64,000 nt of DNA from Octopus bimaculoides (taxonomy: Eukaryota), in NCBI RefSeq assembly GCF_001194135.2, contig NC_068986.1, forward strand, positions 90,039,747 to 90,103,746, given 5' to 3'. The notes beneath the pieces were generated by a model, which was given only the letters and a program-made list of their open reading frames with translations, ran no database searches and had not been told where the DNA came from. Position numbers and translations under genes: made by a program. Shown here piece after piece: positions 14,730-26,800 of this stretch; within the stretch, counting starts at the first letter, position 1, and each line of letters begins with the position of its first letter.

Positions 14730-15262
14730 AATCCTTTCTACTATAAGCACAAGGCTTGACATTTTGGAGCAGAGGACTAATCAATAACATCAATTCCAGT
14801 GCTCAACTGGTATTTACTTTATTGACCCCGAGAGGTGATAAGCAAAGTTGACCTCAATGGAATTTGAACCCAGAAGAGATGCTGTGAAGAATTTTTCCCA
14901 GCATGCTAATAATAATGATAATAATGTGTAATTTAGGCACAAGGTTAGCAATTGGGAGGGGGGGGGTTAGTTGATTACATCAATCCCAGTGTTCAACTGG
15001 TGCTTATTTTATTGACCTCAAAAGGATGAAAGGCAGAATCAACCACAATGGAATTTGAACTCAGAATGGAAAGGATGAAAAGCTGCAAAGCACTTTACAT
15101 GGCATGCTAATGAGTGTCAGCTTGCCACCTTAATAATAATAATAATCCCTTCTACCATAGGCACAAGGCCTGAAATTTTGGGTTAAGAGAGTACCTATTT
15201 CATCAACCCCCAAAAGGAAGAAAGGCAAAGTCAACCTCAGTGGAATTTGAACTCAGAATATA
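14730..15262. mobile_element. Three stacked copies of a third SINE-like family separated by (AAT)n
   Basis: The block GCACAAGG...ACATCAA.CCCAGTG.TCAACTGG...ATTGACC...GGATGAAAGGCA...GGAATTTGAAC.CAGAA repeats three times. Related copies lie near 27130, 28430, 36500, 46800 and 56900. Confidence 0.7.
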
Positions 15263-16640
15263 AATAAGGCTAAAAAAAAAAGATAATTTAAAATATCACT
15301 TAAACCAGAGAAACGGAATTACTACCAAAAACATCTTTAAAGAGCTACACAATACATAAAATAGTTTTGGAGAAAAATTTACAATTGGATATTACTTTAG
15401 ACCAATTAAATTGAACTAAATTGTTAAACAATACAAAACTGAAAAAAAATTATGCATTTATCAAATAAAATTAAAATTTTTCATGTTTGGATAGTTCTGA
15501 AAAACAAGAAGAAAAACATTTCTTTCTTCAGAAGATTACATACAAATCAGAAACAATTTTGATAAAGAACACATTGTGTTCTTTCTAATTTTTAGCAGTG
15601 CATTTGCCATGCAATAAATGTATTTTTGATTAACAATAACCATGCTTCAGATATTTCCCTTGATTACAGATGGTACCACCTCTGATCAAAGCTGCAATAA
15701 ATATTTTGGAAGTTATGTGCAACTAATGTTAATAATAAACAAGTGAGAATATAGTGGGAGAAGGGGGGGGGGATACATTTTGCTAAGAAAAAGAAAATAG
15801 AATGTCAAAAGGGAAGAACATTTAAATATATATTTTAATAGATTTTCAGCAATTTTTAATGATATATCAAACATCTTTTAAATTGGTTATTAATTGCTTC
15901 TTACTCCTGCTTATCTATACTAGATTACAATGAATTTAATGTAGAATTATTTATTTCTTGGTCAGAGAGAACTGATTCTGTGAATAACTAAATACTTTAC
16001 TGCTGACCCAAATATTTACTAAATCTTTCAAAAAGGGCACTGTTGGTTTGATGTGTTCTTTCATAGCCATAGACTGATCAATACTTTGGTCAGAAACTAT
16101 AAGAAGCCAATCATATGAAGAGAGAGAGAGACTTCTCTTTGTCATAACATCTTTGCTCTGATTAAAAACAAAAATCACCATTCATATGGTTGTCATTTGT
16201 TTACAATCTTCCACGAAATCATGCCTGGCTACTGAGTTAGTTGTTACTCAAAGGACTGGTGGGGAAATATAACCTTACTTAGAAACAAATGAGAGTTGGT
16301 GACAACCATAGAAAAATTTACCTTGACAACTTTCATCTGACCTATGCAAGCATGGAAAAGTGGATATCAAAACAATAAAAGAGCAACTTCAAATAATTTC
16401 TCTAAAACAAATTTATACTACATATAGGTTCAAGTAGCAAATATGAAACAAGAATGGAATTATCCTCTAATGATAAAAAAATTAAGTGCTTAAGCTTTTA
16501 ATAAGGATTGGCATCTTTTCAAAATTCCTAACAGTTACATCTCAAATCTGCAGCTTCTAAGAACTGAAAATTCACGATTCTATGTATTCAGATAAGACAC
16601 AGTACATTGTTTAAAAACAATGTGAATATAACACTATATA

Positions 16641-16806
16641 GGTGTAGGAGTGGCTGTGTGGTAAGTAGCTTGCTTACCAACCACATGGTTCCAGGTTCAG
16701 TCCCACAGCATGGCACCTTGGGCAAGTGTCTTCTACAATAGCCTCGGGCCGACCAAAGCCTTGTGAGTGAATTTGGTAGACGGAAACTGAAAGAAGCCCG
16801 TCGTAT
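16641..16806 (+). mobile_element. tRNA-head SINE (family B, CORE-like) running into (TA)n
   Basis: GGAGTGGCTGTGTGGTAAG...GGTTCAGTCCC...ACCTTGGGCAAGT, the last being a CORE-SINE-like motif. A close antisense copy is at 53856-54007, with diverged copies near 28975, 35225, 51585, 52566, 59920 and 60265. Confidence 0.8.
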
Positions 16807-16810
16807 ATAA

Positions 16811-16852
<42 letters not shown>

Positions 16853-19800
16853 NNNNNNNNNNNNNNNNNNNNNNNNNNNNNNNNNNNNNNNNNNNNNNNN
16901 NNNNNNNNNNNNNNNNNNNNNNNNNNNNNNNNNNNNNNNNNNNNNNNNNNNNNNNNNNNNNNNNNNNNNNNNNNNNNNNNNNNNNNNNNNNNNNNNNNNN
17001 NNNNNNNNNNNNNNNNNNNNNNNNNNNNNNNNNNNNNNNNNNNNNNNNNNNNNNNNNNNNNNNNNNNNNNNNNNNNNNNNNNNNNNNNNNNNNNNNNNNN
17101 NNNNNNNNNNNNNNNNNNNNNNNNNNNNNNNNNNNNNNNNNNNNNNNNNNNNNNNNNNNNNNNNNNNNNNNNNNNNNNNNNNNNNNNNNNNNNNNNNNNN
17201 NNNNNNNNNNNNNNNNNNNNNNNNNNTTATATCTGTTTTTACATGCTTGCATATGTGATAAATGGCTTATAATCAATCAAAAATTGATATATGTTATTTT
17301 TCAGACATTTTAACCATAAAATAAAATACCAATTTTAAAAAAAAAGAAAACCAATCATATTTATAAATATAAAGAAATTTTTTTTCAATTGAAACAAAAA
17401 AAGTTTGTAAAATGAAAAATATTTTATTTTTCAATTTAATATTCAACTTACCACTTGTTGCAAATTATAACTTTTAACAAAGAAGAAGTTGGATTTCTCC
17501 AGCATTTAAAAAGAAAATTCTTGATTTTAATAAGCAAAAGAAAAAAAGCATTTCTCTTTTCTCAAAATGTGAATTTCTGAAGCAGCAAAATAGCCAATAA
17601 GATTTATTCAATCTTATTAAAATAGCAATAGACTTTTCATTTGTTTAAGTACCATCAACTTAAAGTCTCTTATAAGTATATATTTACAGGTAATGATCTT
17701 AAGACTACTGGTAGTAATTACAAGTCACAGGCAATTAAACAACTATAAAAAAATTCATAAACCTTATATTACTAATTTAACAAGAATTTTAAAAAATAAG
17801 ATAATATACAAATAATACTTAACATATACAAAAGTTATGTAACTGATTTATAACCCAACTGTTTAGACTCACACATCTCAATGTAAATCAAAATAATTCA
17901 TTAAAGTGTTTGTCTTAAACTCAACCAGTCATTTTTTTTTCTTCCAAAATGTTGAAAATATTTGAAAATTAATCATTATCTTCAAAGGATTTCTAAAATA
18001 AAATTCCCAAACCAGGAATATGGAAACACAATGGAAATCTCACAGGAATGGCTCCAAGATGAAGAAAGTATTTGGTTAGACAGAAAAACATTTTTTAAAT
18101 GTTCCAAAAAGAATTATATTTAATAACATTAATTATTTTGATAGTTGAAGGCCAATTTTTTGGAAGCAAGGGTTTATCAATTGAATATAACATTTATTGA
18201 TCCTGAAATACAAAGTCAATCTCATTAAAAGTTGAACTCAGATCAATAAGTTACCAATCTGGTTAAATTAACAGCTAACAAGAGAGCCTCTACACATTGC
18301 TCAACCTGTTAGAAAGAGCTACAAAATCTCCCTCAAGTGGCATCTTACCATCTTAAATAAGGAAACATTGGATAATGCAGTCCCAGATATAGCCCTAGTT
18401 CTCATTGCTAGCCATTCAACTATGGAGACGTATGGAAGGAAGACCAGTCAAGAGTTTTGGATGAACAAGATCACAACACCAGCATGTTTCACTCTTGTTG
18501 TTTTAACTAAATAACATCTGTGCCATACATAAGTGCAGCTTACTTTTATAAACAGCGGGAGCACAGTATAATTAAACACCAGCACTGTGTTTGGTCCAAG
18601 TTTAACTCTTGCTTGTTTAATCAAATACAGAAGAACAGCTTACTGCTGTAAACAATGGGGGCACTATAATTAAACAGCAGCACTGTGTTAACTTTTGCTG
18701 GTTTAATCAACTAATATAAGTGACACAAACAAGTACATTTTACTGTTGTAAGCAAGGGAGCACTGTATAATTAAAGGTGCTGTCTATTTTACAGTGCTGA
18801 ATTCTAAGTTCTCTAAAACAAAAAAAAACCTGGAAAGTTCAATGGAAAATACTCAACATCAACCTATCCAACCCACTCTATCAGCTTTGCCATTGGATGT
18901 AGTTCCTCATATGCATGTAAGTTGGTGTGCAACAGTCCATTGCCTGCTGAATTTTTCATATTCAGGCTCACACATCTTACAGGAAATTCCATAATTACAG
19001 TAAAATAAAAGTGGAAATCCTATTTTGAAAAAATGAAGCAAGCAGAATTATGTACCTTGGCAAGGGAGTACATAACAGTGTGGTAATAAGGTCAATAGCC
19101 TAATGTATCCATTTGAGGGCCACTTGTAACCATCTTACTAGATACTCAAGTTCACTATAGACTAACAATTGTAGCAAAAAGAGGGTAGGATTTTGTTAAG
19201 AAATTCTAACTCAGAATTTCTAAATCAGAAACTATGAAGGATGTTGTATGCTTTAACCTTTGGAGTGCTGGAAAGAAGCGACTGTGGTTGCTGTACAGTT
19301 TATTACATTACACTAAAGTATGTGAGCTGTGTCATCAATGAAATAAATTCTCGTTCCCAAGTGTGGTTCATATTTTTTTATCAATCAGATTCAAGTATTC
19401 ATTGCTGCCAAATGCATTTTAAAGAGAATATGGACTGGTAATGATAGGAAATGGTGATATATGGAACATACCACGTATTTGCAAATGCAACTTTAGTTAA
19501 TTTTAAATGGAAGATGACAATGTTATATGGCAAGTCCCAAATTTTAATTTCCTCCTTTCTCCTTCTGACATATTGATAGTATCAACATGGTAGATACCAA
19601 TCTGAGAGAGGAAAAGATGTTACACTATGGTCATGATCTAACTACTAACCACAATAACTCAGAGACTACCAGCTTCTTGAAAGTGGTTGGGTCCTTCATG
19701 GAGGAATCTGGTAGGGATGTATCATCCAAGGTCAAGTGAAGGAAAAATTTTCACCAGTCAAATAACATTACAACAACTAAGTTTATCTAACAGTTCTAGG

Positions 19801-20637
19801 ACATCATCAACAACTACAGTAAGTTGATCAAAAGCCACTAATGAGCAGATGGTGCATAAGGCCATCAGGGAGAAGTGTTTTGTGATGGAGAAGGGATACA
19901 TCACACCCAGCAAGACCCAGGAAAATTGCATCATCTAATCTATTGAACTTTTCATGAGAGGTACAGCATGAAATTCTTGAACAAGAGACTAAGTCTACTA
20001 GTCTGAAAAAAATTACTTCAGGCTTTGTGAAAATGGAATTATCAAATAGTTGACTGACATTGACTGCCATTAAGAGATTCTAGGCTATACAATAGTCCAC
20101 AACATTAGTCTTTTGTTGTATTACATTTAACAAGAGAATAAGGTAATACATACATATCACAGGTTGTAACAGTTATATGGAGTGTTAAAGTATGTTATAA
20201 AAACTCAGTTGTCAAAAAACCAGGTTTTCAGTAAAAACCTTCCTTCAGAACATTATTCTAATAAGTGGAAATTTTCATTACACGTGCGCACACACACACA
20301 CACACACATTACTATTAACCCAAGTATTTACCAAATCTATAGTACCAACCAACACCAGGGAATGAGAGCAATAGCTAAATAAAGGATTTTATAATTAGGG
20401 AAATCTAACAAGTTTAAAAGGAATGAAGTCATAGTTTTTAAAATAGTATTAACAAAATACCACATAAGGGAGAACAATAATAAAAACACATCTAGCATTG
20501 TTTTCTGCACAATAACTTCAGAAATATCAAACTACCATAGCGATTATATGCCAGACAAACAGTGGTAAGGAACCATTGGAAACCATGTACCCTCTGTGTG
20601 TGTGTGTGTAAATATAAAGTGTCCCAAAAGTTGTACT

Positions 20638-20677
<40 letters not shown>

Positions 20678-21709
20678 NNNNNNNNNNNNNNNNNNNNNNN
20701 NNNNNNNNNNNNNNNNNNNNNNNNNNNNNNNNNNNNNNNNNNNNNNNNNNNNNNNNNNNNNNNNNNNNNNNNNNNNNNNNNNNNNNNNNNNNNNNNNNNN
20801 NNNNNNNNNNNNNNNNNNNNNNNNNNNNNNNNNNNNNNNNNNNNNNNNNNNNNNNNNNNNNNNNNNNNNNNNNNNNNNNNNNNNNNNNNNNNNNNNNNNN
20901 NNNNNNNNNNNNNNNNNNNNNNNNNNNNNNNNNNNNNNNNNNNNNNNNNNNNNNNNNNNNNNNNNNNNNNNNNNNNNNNNNNNNNNNNNNNNNNNNNNNN
21001 NNNNNNNNNNNNNNNNNNNNNNNNNNNNNNNNNNNNNNNNNNNNNNNNNNNNNNNNNNNNNNNNNNNNNNNNNNNNNNNNNNNNNNNNNNNNNNNNNNNN
21101 NNNNNNNNNNNNNNNNNNNNNNNNNNNNNNNNNNNNNNNNNNNNNNNNNNNNNNNNNNNNNNNNNNNNNNNNNNNNNNNNNNNNNNNNNNNNNNNNNNNN
21201 NNNNNNNNNNNNNNNNNNNNNNNNNNNNNNNNNNNNNNNNNNNNNNNNNNNNNNNNNNNNNNNNNNNNNNNNNNNNNNNNNNNNNNNNNNNNNNNNNNNN
21301 NNNNNNNNNNNNNNNNNNNNNNNNNNNNNNNNNNNNNNNNNNNNNNNNNNNNNNNNNNNNNNNNNNNNNNNNNNNNNNNNNNNNNNNNNNNNNNNNNNNN
21401 NNNNNNNNNNNNNNNNNNNNNNNNNNNNNNNNNNNNNNNNNNNNNNNNNNNNNNNNNNNNNNNNNNNNNNNNNNNNNNNNNNNNNNNNNNNNNNNNNNNN
21501 NNNNNNNNNNNNNNNNNNNNNNNNNNNNNNNNNNNNNNNNNNNNNNNNNNNNNNNNNNNNNNNNNNNNNNNNNNNNNNNNNNNNNNNNNNNNNNNNNNNN
21601 NNNNNNNNNTATATATATATGTAGATATATATATGTATATATATATGCAGATATACATATGTATGTGTATATATATGTGTGTGCGTGTATATATATATAT
21701 ATATATATA

Positions 21710-21965
21710 GTGAATCCAAAAAAAAGAACAAACAAGAAAAAAAAACAACCCGAGGACGTGGTACAAGTACTGTATTATCAGATGCTCAGGAAAGGAAAGA
21801 AAGAGGATTTAATATTTTGAGCCAAGCTCTTCTTCAAAAATAGAGGAAAGTCCAAAGGAAGGGAAGACGTAGGAAGGAAATCACCAACGATACACAAGCG
21901 GTTACATTTTAAAATGACCGGAAAGGATTGGGTGACGGAAAAGTTATTTCTAAGATGGGAGACTG
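21710..21965 (-). mobile_element. Penelope-like terminal repeat (pLTR) belonging to the RT fragment above
   Basis: Same strand as and downstream of the PLE RT. Its reverse complement aligns by eye with 53585-53830 (TCTTAGAAA.AACTTTTCC ... TTTCCTTTCCTGAGC.TC ... CACGTCCTC). Confidence 0.7.
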
Positions 21966-22683
21966 CAAGAGGAGATGTGTGTGTGTGTGTGTGGAGATAT
22001 GTTGGGGGGAATATGTGCGTGCGCACAGGTGTGTGTGTGTGGACTTTGTGTCGCTTAATGTCATGGGAAGAATTTGCAGTAGGAATTTTAGGTAGAAGTG
22101 GCTCTCTTCTGTGAGTCTCCCTTCACATGTGCATGTGACAATGATCAGTAGAAAGCTGTTTAACTGGTAGTTTGAAATATGTGTGTGTGCATGTATGTAT
22201 ATGTTGTGTGTGTCTGTTTTGTGTGCAGTGTATGCCTGTGTCTGTGTGTGCGTGTGTGTATGTATGTATGTATGAGTGTGTGTTGTGTGTGGGAGGTATG
22301 TGTGGGTTCATTTGTGCGTGCGTGTGTGTGCCTGTGTATATATGTGTGTATGTGTGTGCTTGTGCATGTGTGTATGAATGAGGGGTTGTGTGGAGGTATA
22401 TGTGCGTTTTTTTTGCACGTGTATGCACATGCATGTGCATGTAGTTGTATGTGCGTGTATGAGTGTATATGTGCATGTGGGTGTGTGTATGTGGAGTTGT
22501 GAGTGTTAGGTATGTGTGCATGCATGTGTACTTGTAGGTATATATTGTGTGCGCATGTGTATGTATGTGTGCATGTGCACGTGCGCATGCATATGTGCGT
22601 ATGTCTATGTGTGTAATTGTGAATGTCTGTATGAGTGTGTGTTGTATGGGAGGTACGTGTGCACACATGCGCGAGTGTGTGTA

Positions 22684-23470
22684 TCCTCAATGCATGAACA
22701 GGCGGGCAAGGTACTGGAACTGGGTCTCAAAATCCTGGTCGCGGCTGCACAAACGTCAGAAGCGGAGGAACTGAGAGTAGGGGATGGTCCGTTTGGTGTG
22801 GAAAGGATGGGAGGAGGAGAAGTTGAGGCAGAGGTGGGAATCTGTCGGTTTGAAGAAGGCAGAGGTGGTGAGAGAGTGGGAGGGGAGGTCAATGGTAAGA
22901 GAGATATTAAGGAAGTTAACTGAGGTGTTAGAGATGGTAGAAGTAAATTGGAGAGAGGGGTGGAAGTTAGAGAGGAAAGAGATGAAGTGGTAGAGTAGTT
23001 CACAGGAGAGGGAGGTGGCACCTATATAGTTGTCTTATGTAGCAAACGTATAGCTCTGGGGTCGGCCTGGAGAATTGGGAGAATGCTTGGGCCTCAATGT
23101 AGCCAACAAATAGGTTGGCGAAATTGTGGCCCATTCTCATTCCCATCGCAACCCCAGACTACTGTTGGTAGGTTTTCTCCAGCGAACATAAAGCAGTTGA
23201 GGGTGAGGATGAGCTCTGCCAGATGAAGAAGGGTGGAGGTGCTGGGTGTGGGGTCAGGGTGACGGTCAAGGAAGTATTGGAGGGCTAAGAGACCGTCGTT
23301 GTGGGGAATCACTGTGTATAGGGATTTGATGTCCAAGGTGAAGAGGAGGTGTGAAAGGCCAGGAGGGAAGGAAAAGGAATTGAAGAGGCGAAGGGCATGA
23401 TTAGTGTCGTGTATGTGGGATGGGAGGGGAGCAACTAAAGGGGACAGGATGCGGTCATGGTACTTGGAAA
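22684..23470 (-). mobile_element. Penelope-like element reverse transcriptase fragment (frameshifted)
   Basis: LFTLDIKSLYTVIPHNDGLLALQYFL...LLHLAELILTLNCF, then after frameshifts GVAMGTRMGPNFANL and IPYSQFLRF*RLCS...GY. These are hallmark PLE RT and thumb motifs. Confidence 0.88.
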
Positions 23471-23473
23471 TTT

Positions 23474-23504
<31 letters not shown>

Positions 23505-23519
23505 GAGGAGAGAGAGAGA

Positions 23520-23562
<43 letters not shown>

Positions 23563-24201
23563 CTAAACATGTCTGTAAATGTGTGAGGTCTGTGCATAAA
23601 TACTCAGTTTCATTTATCACTGGCAAGGGTACAAGACAGTTTTGCACAGCCATTTTGGCATTACCTATTTAATGTTGCTGACTAAATTGGCATCAGACAT
23701 TTTAATATTTCTCTCATTCTCTCCTCACATGCCCTCACTTTCACACTCTATTTGTATGAGCTTATTTATGTGTGCACATGCATGTGTGTGTATTTGATTC
23801 CAGTGCCAAAACAGGTTGGATGTCCAGTCAGCCATGCCAAGTCGTCAGCATCCAAACAGCTGTGTCCAAATGCTACATTTTGAAGTGCTAAGGATATGTT
23901 TACATTCCTTGTTGGCATTATGAACTGTTGCTCTACACTTTCAAATAATTATGGAATAAAAAATCCCTTAATTGGAAAAAAAACCAGTGAGGGTTGGTGA
24001 CAAGAAGAGCATCTGCTGTAAAATCCTACCCCTAAGTCCCCATCCCAACCCATGCTAAATTGGAAAAACAGACATCAAACAAGCAATCATCATTTAACAT
24101 CCCTTTTCCCTGCTGTCATGGATTGGGTGGTTTTGAGAGGATCTGGTGAACCACAAGGCTCTGCCAAGTTTCCTGTTTTCTATATTAAACATAATTTTTG
24201 A

Positions 24202-24253
<52 letters not shown>

Positions 24254-25877
24254 TATATAACACACATAAACATACACATGATTCTTTAGGCACAAAGCCT
24301 TTTCTGTATCCCAGTGGAATATTATGGAAGGTGGAAAGGTAAAACAAAGCTCTGGTAGTATTTCAACTCCAAACAATGAAGGATTTACCACAATAGATTA
24401 CCACAAAGCATCTAAAGTAGTTTCCTACCACCTGAATCAACTACATTCCCCATTTTCTAGCAAAGGTCTCCCAATGTTATGTGTTACATCAGAAGAAAGT
24501 GCTAGAAGGTAAAAAAAATATATATAACAAACTTTGACTTCATTCTCAGTAATAATTAAGAAAAAAAATTTAAATGGTTAAGCATTGTGAGGCCAAGAAA
24601 AGTTGTATCTGGTGAGACCAACAGCATGCTAAAGGAGAAGTTCTGTAGAATTAAATTAGTTACCAAGTCTGTTCCAAACTTCATGAGTGTGGATAGAAAT
24701 GAAAATATAATAAAAAAATAATAATAGGACAAAGCTGTAATAAATATAAGCAAAGTTAAGAATAAAATTGAAATATTTTTGATAATTATATTATCAGTGA
24801 ACATAGAGAAGAGAAAATTAAAAATAGATTTAGAATAAAGACCACGACACCACATTCTAATGTAAAAAAAAAATCTTGAGACATTACAAGTAGCTTATCT
24901 TTGCAACACTGAATTTAATAAACTATCCTTCACATCATTTAATATTCAATATTTTGTAGGGGATTTTTATTTTGTTTTTTTAAAAGGAAATTGGAAAATG
25001 CATAAGATATTAATTCTTGTCTGTACCTAGATACATCTAAAAATGAACTTATGTAAGTAATCTTAACCCATTTGATACCAACCTCTTGAAACTCCTCCTG
25101 ATACAAGCTCCCCATTTTAAAGTTATCTAAATTAAACCTTCCATTATAATTTCGTGTTAGTTTATGTTCCAAATGCCCAAAGATAGTTAAATAAATTCAT
25201 TATTTTACAAAATTAACTAAAACAAAGGCAGCATATTTCAACAGAAATATGGTTATGAAAGGCTTTATCTCCAGCTTGTCTTTTCCCCTCTGACAATACA
25301 TTCTGTATATATTTATATCATTATTCTCTTATAGCTGTCAGCTTTCTCTGCACAGCCTTAAAGACTTGGGTAGGTTTATTATGAGAATTATTGATTCAAT
25401 ATATGTATAACATCTGTTGGTGCTATTTTATGTATTCTGTATATATAAATTAAACAATCTTATAAGAGGTGAAATAAATCAAGAATAGAAGAGCATTAAA
25501 ATGGAAATTGTGTTTGCCGTAGAGACATTGCACTACAGTGGATAATACAGCAAACAAATATCCAATCAAATAGTGATCATTGTTTTATATATATATATAC
25601 ACTTTCTTTTCTTAAATACATAATATGGATGCCATTTTTGCATATTGTCATAAGACCAAGAGCAGCAAGTTACTCTACTATTCTTATTATTCTTAGTATC
25701 ATGTGAATGAGACATCTCCCTACTCAACACATCAAAACTCTTCTACAGATTTTCAAAGATTTCAAAAATTTAAATTTTTATACGATTTTAATCTAATGAA
25801 AACATTTTTCTTGTTGGTTTATAATTAATTTAAAATGTTTCCTTCAGAAATCCCAAAATCTTGTTACCGATACTAAC

Positions 25878-25965
25878 CATTTGGTGGTATACCCAAGTCT
25901 TGAAGTAAAGCATCAGTTTCAGCTCTCAGGTCTTGTGGGGGTTTTCCTGGTTTCACTTCTTCATT
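25878..25965 (-). CDS. DYNC1I: Dynein intermediate chain coding exon 2
   Basis: Acceptor ttgttttag, peptide NEEVKPGKPPQDLRAETDALLQDLGIPPN+G, donor GTTAGT, phase 0 to 1. It resembles the DIC second helix (human REAEALLQSMG). Confidence 0.88.
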
Positions 25966-26149
25966 CTAAAACAAAGAGATATTAAACAACAATTTTAAAT
26001 ATCAATAAGAAATTATTTGTATGCACATTAATGAAGAATATTGTAAGTGTATTAATGAAACATTTAATACCAAGACTTAATAGTTAACAGAAATTCTTGT
26101 GGGTTGTGAGAAATGTGGAGAGAAAAACCAAGGAAGATGGTATTGGTCA

Positions 26150-26800
26150 TTTGCTTAACTGTTTCAAACGAATCAAAAGTGAAATATCTGCTATTAAGAG
26201 ATAAGTGACAGAGTTTTAACTAGTAAATCTGAAGAAACAAAGAGTGAGGGATTCATATATAGAGGAGGAGGACGTAGTGTGACTTGCAAGAGTAGGTATG
26301 ATCAGATGATCCAATAAGGAGAGAGATAGTAATGGAGGGTTACAGGCTGGATTTGAAGAGAAGAAACCATGACTGCTTGATGAGTCAGTCTTCCAGTCAA
26401 AGATATAAAAGAAGATGAGAGGACTAATTGCTGCAGACAGTTCAATATAGGAAACTATTTGGCCTCCATCCTAGCAGAGTTAATGTAGAAGTATCTGAGT
26501 CAGGAGCTTCAAGTAACTATGAGACAAATTGTGACAGATGTTCTCAATAGATGAAGAGAGAGTGTCAAACAACTGCTGATGATTGGAGTAGTTTGGAGAG
26601 CAATGGAGAAAACTGCTGGAGTTAGAGGACTGGGAAAAAAGAGGCTTTCAACCATAGTAAATGGAAATCTTTTTTAGTAACAATCAAGTGAGAAGACTCA
26701 GTGGTTTCTTTGTAATTTCAGACTGGCTTTTGGAAAGAAATTGGAATATTGACTGTAACCTTGACAACACAAATTGTAAGCCATTGATCTGGTCCTAGAA
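26150..26800 (-). mobile_element. Old APE-type LINE endonuclease fragment
   Basis: Minus-strand translation shows ...SPNYSNHQQLFDTLSSSIE... and ...IGSSDH..., the C-terminal SDH motif of LINE apurinic endonucleases. It is heavily degenerate. Confidence 0.5.

Noticed and set aside
19600-20080. Purine-rich stretch with faint retroelement-like peptides (similar hints at 4090-4330, 13300-13500 and 18380-18480)
   Set aside because: Too degenerate to assign by eye; it needs a translated HMM search.
20527-21766. 300-400 aa ORFs here and at 16674-17276 and 38340-39242
   Set aside because: They consist of X residues from N gaps.
24440-24501. Good minus-strand acceptor followed by ALSSDVTHNIGRPLLENGE
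   Set aside because: It runs into a stop, and the only phase-1 donor would create TAG on joining exon 3.
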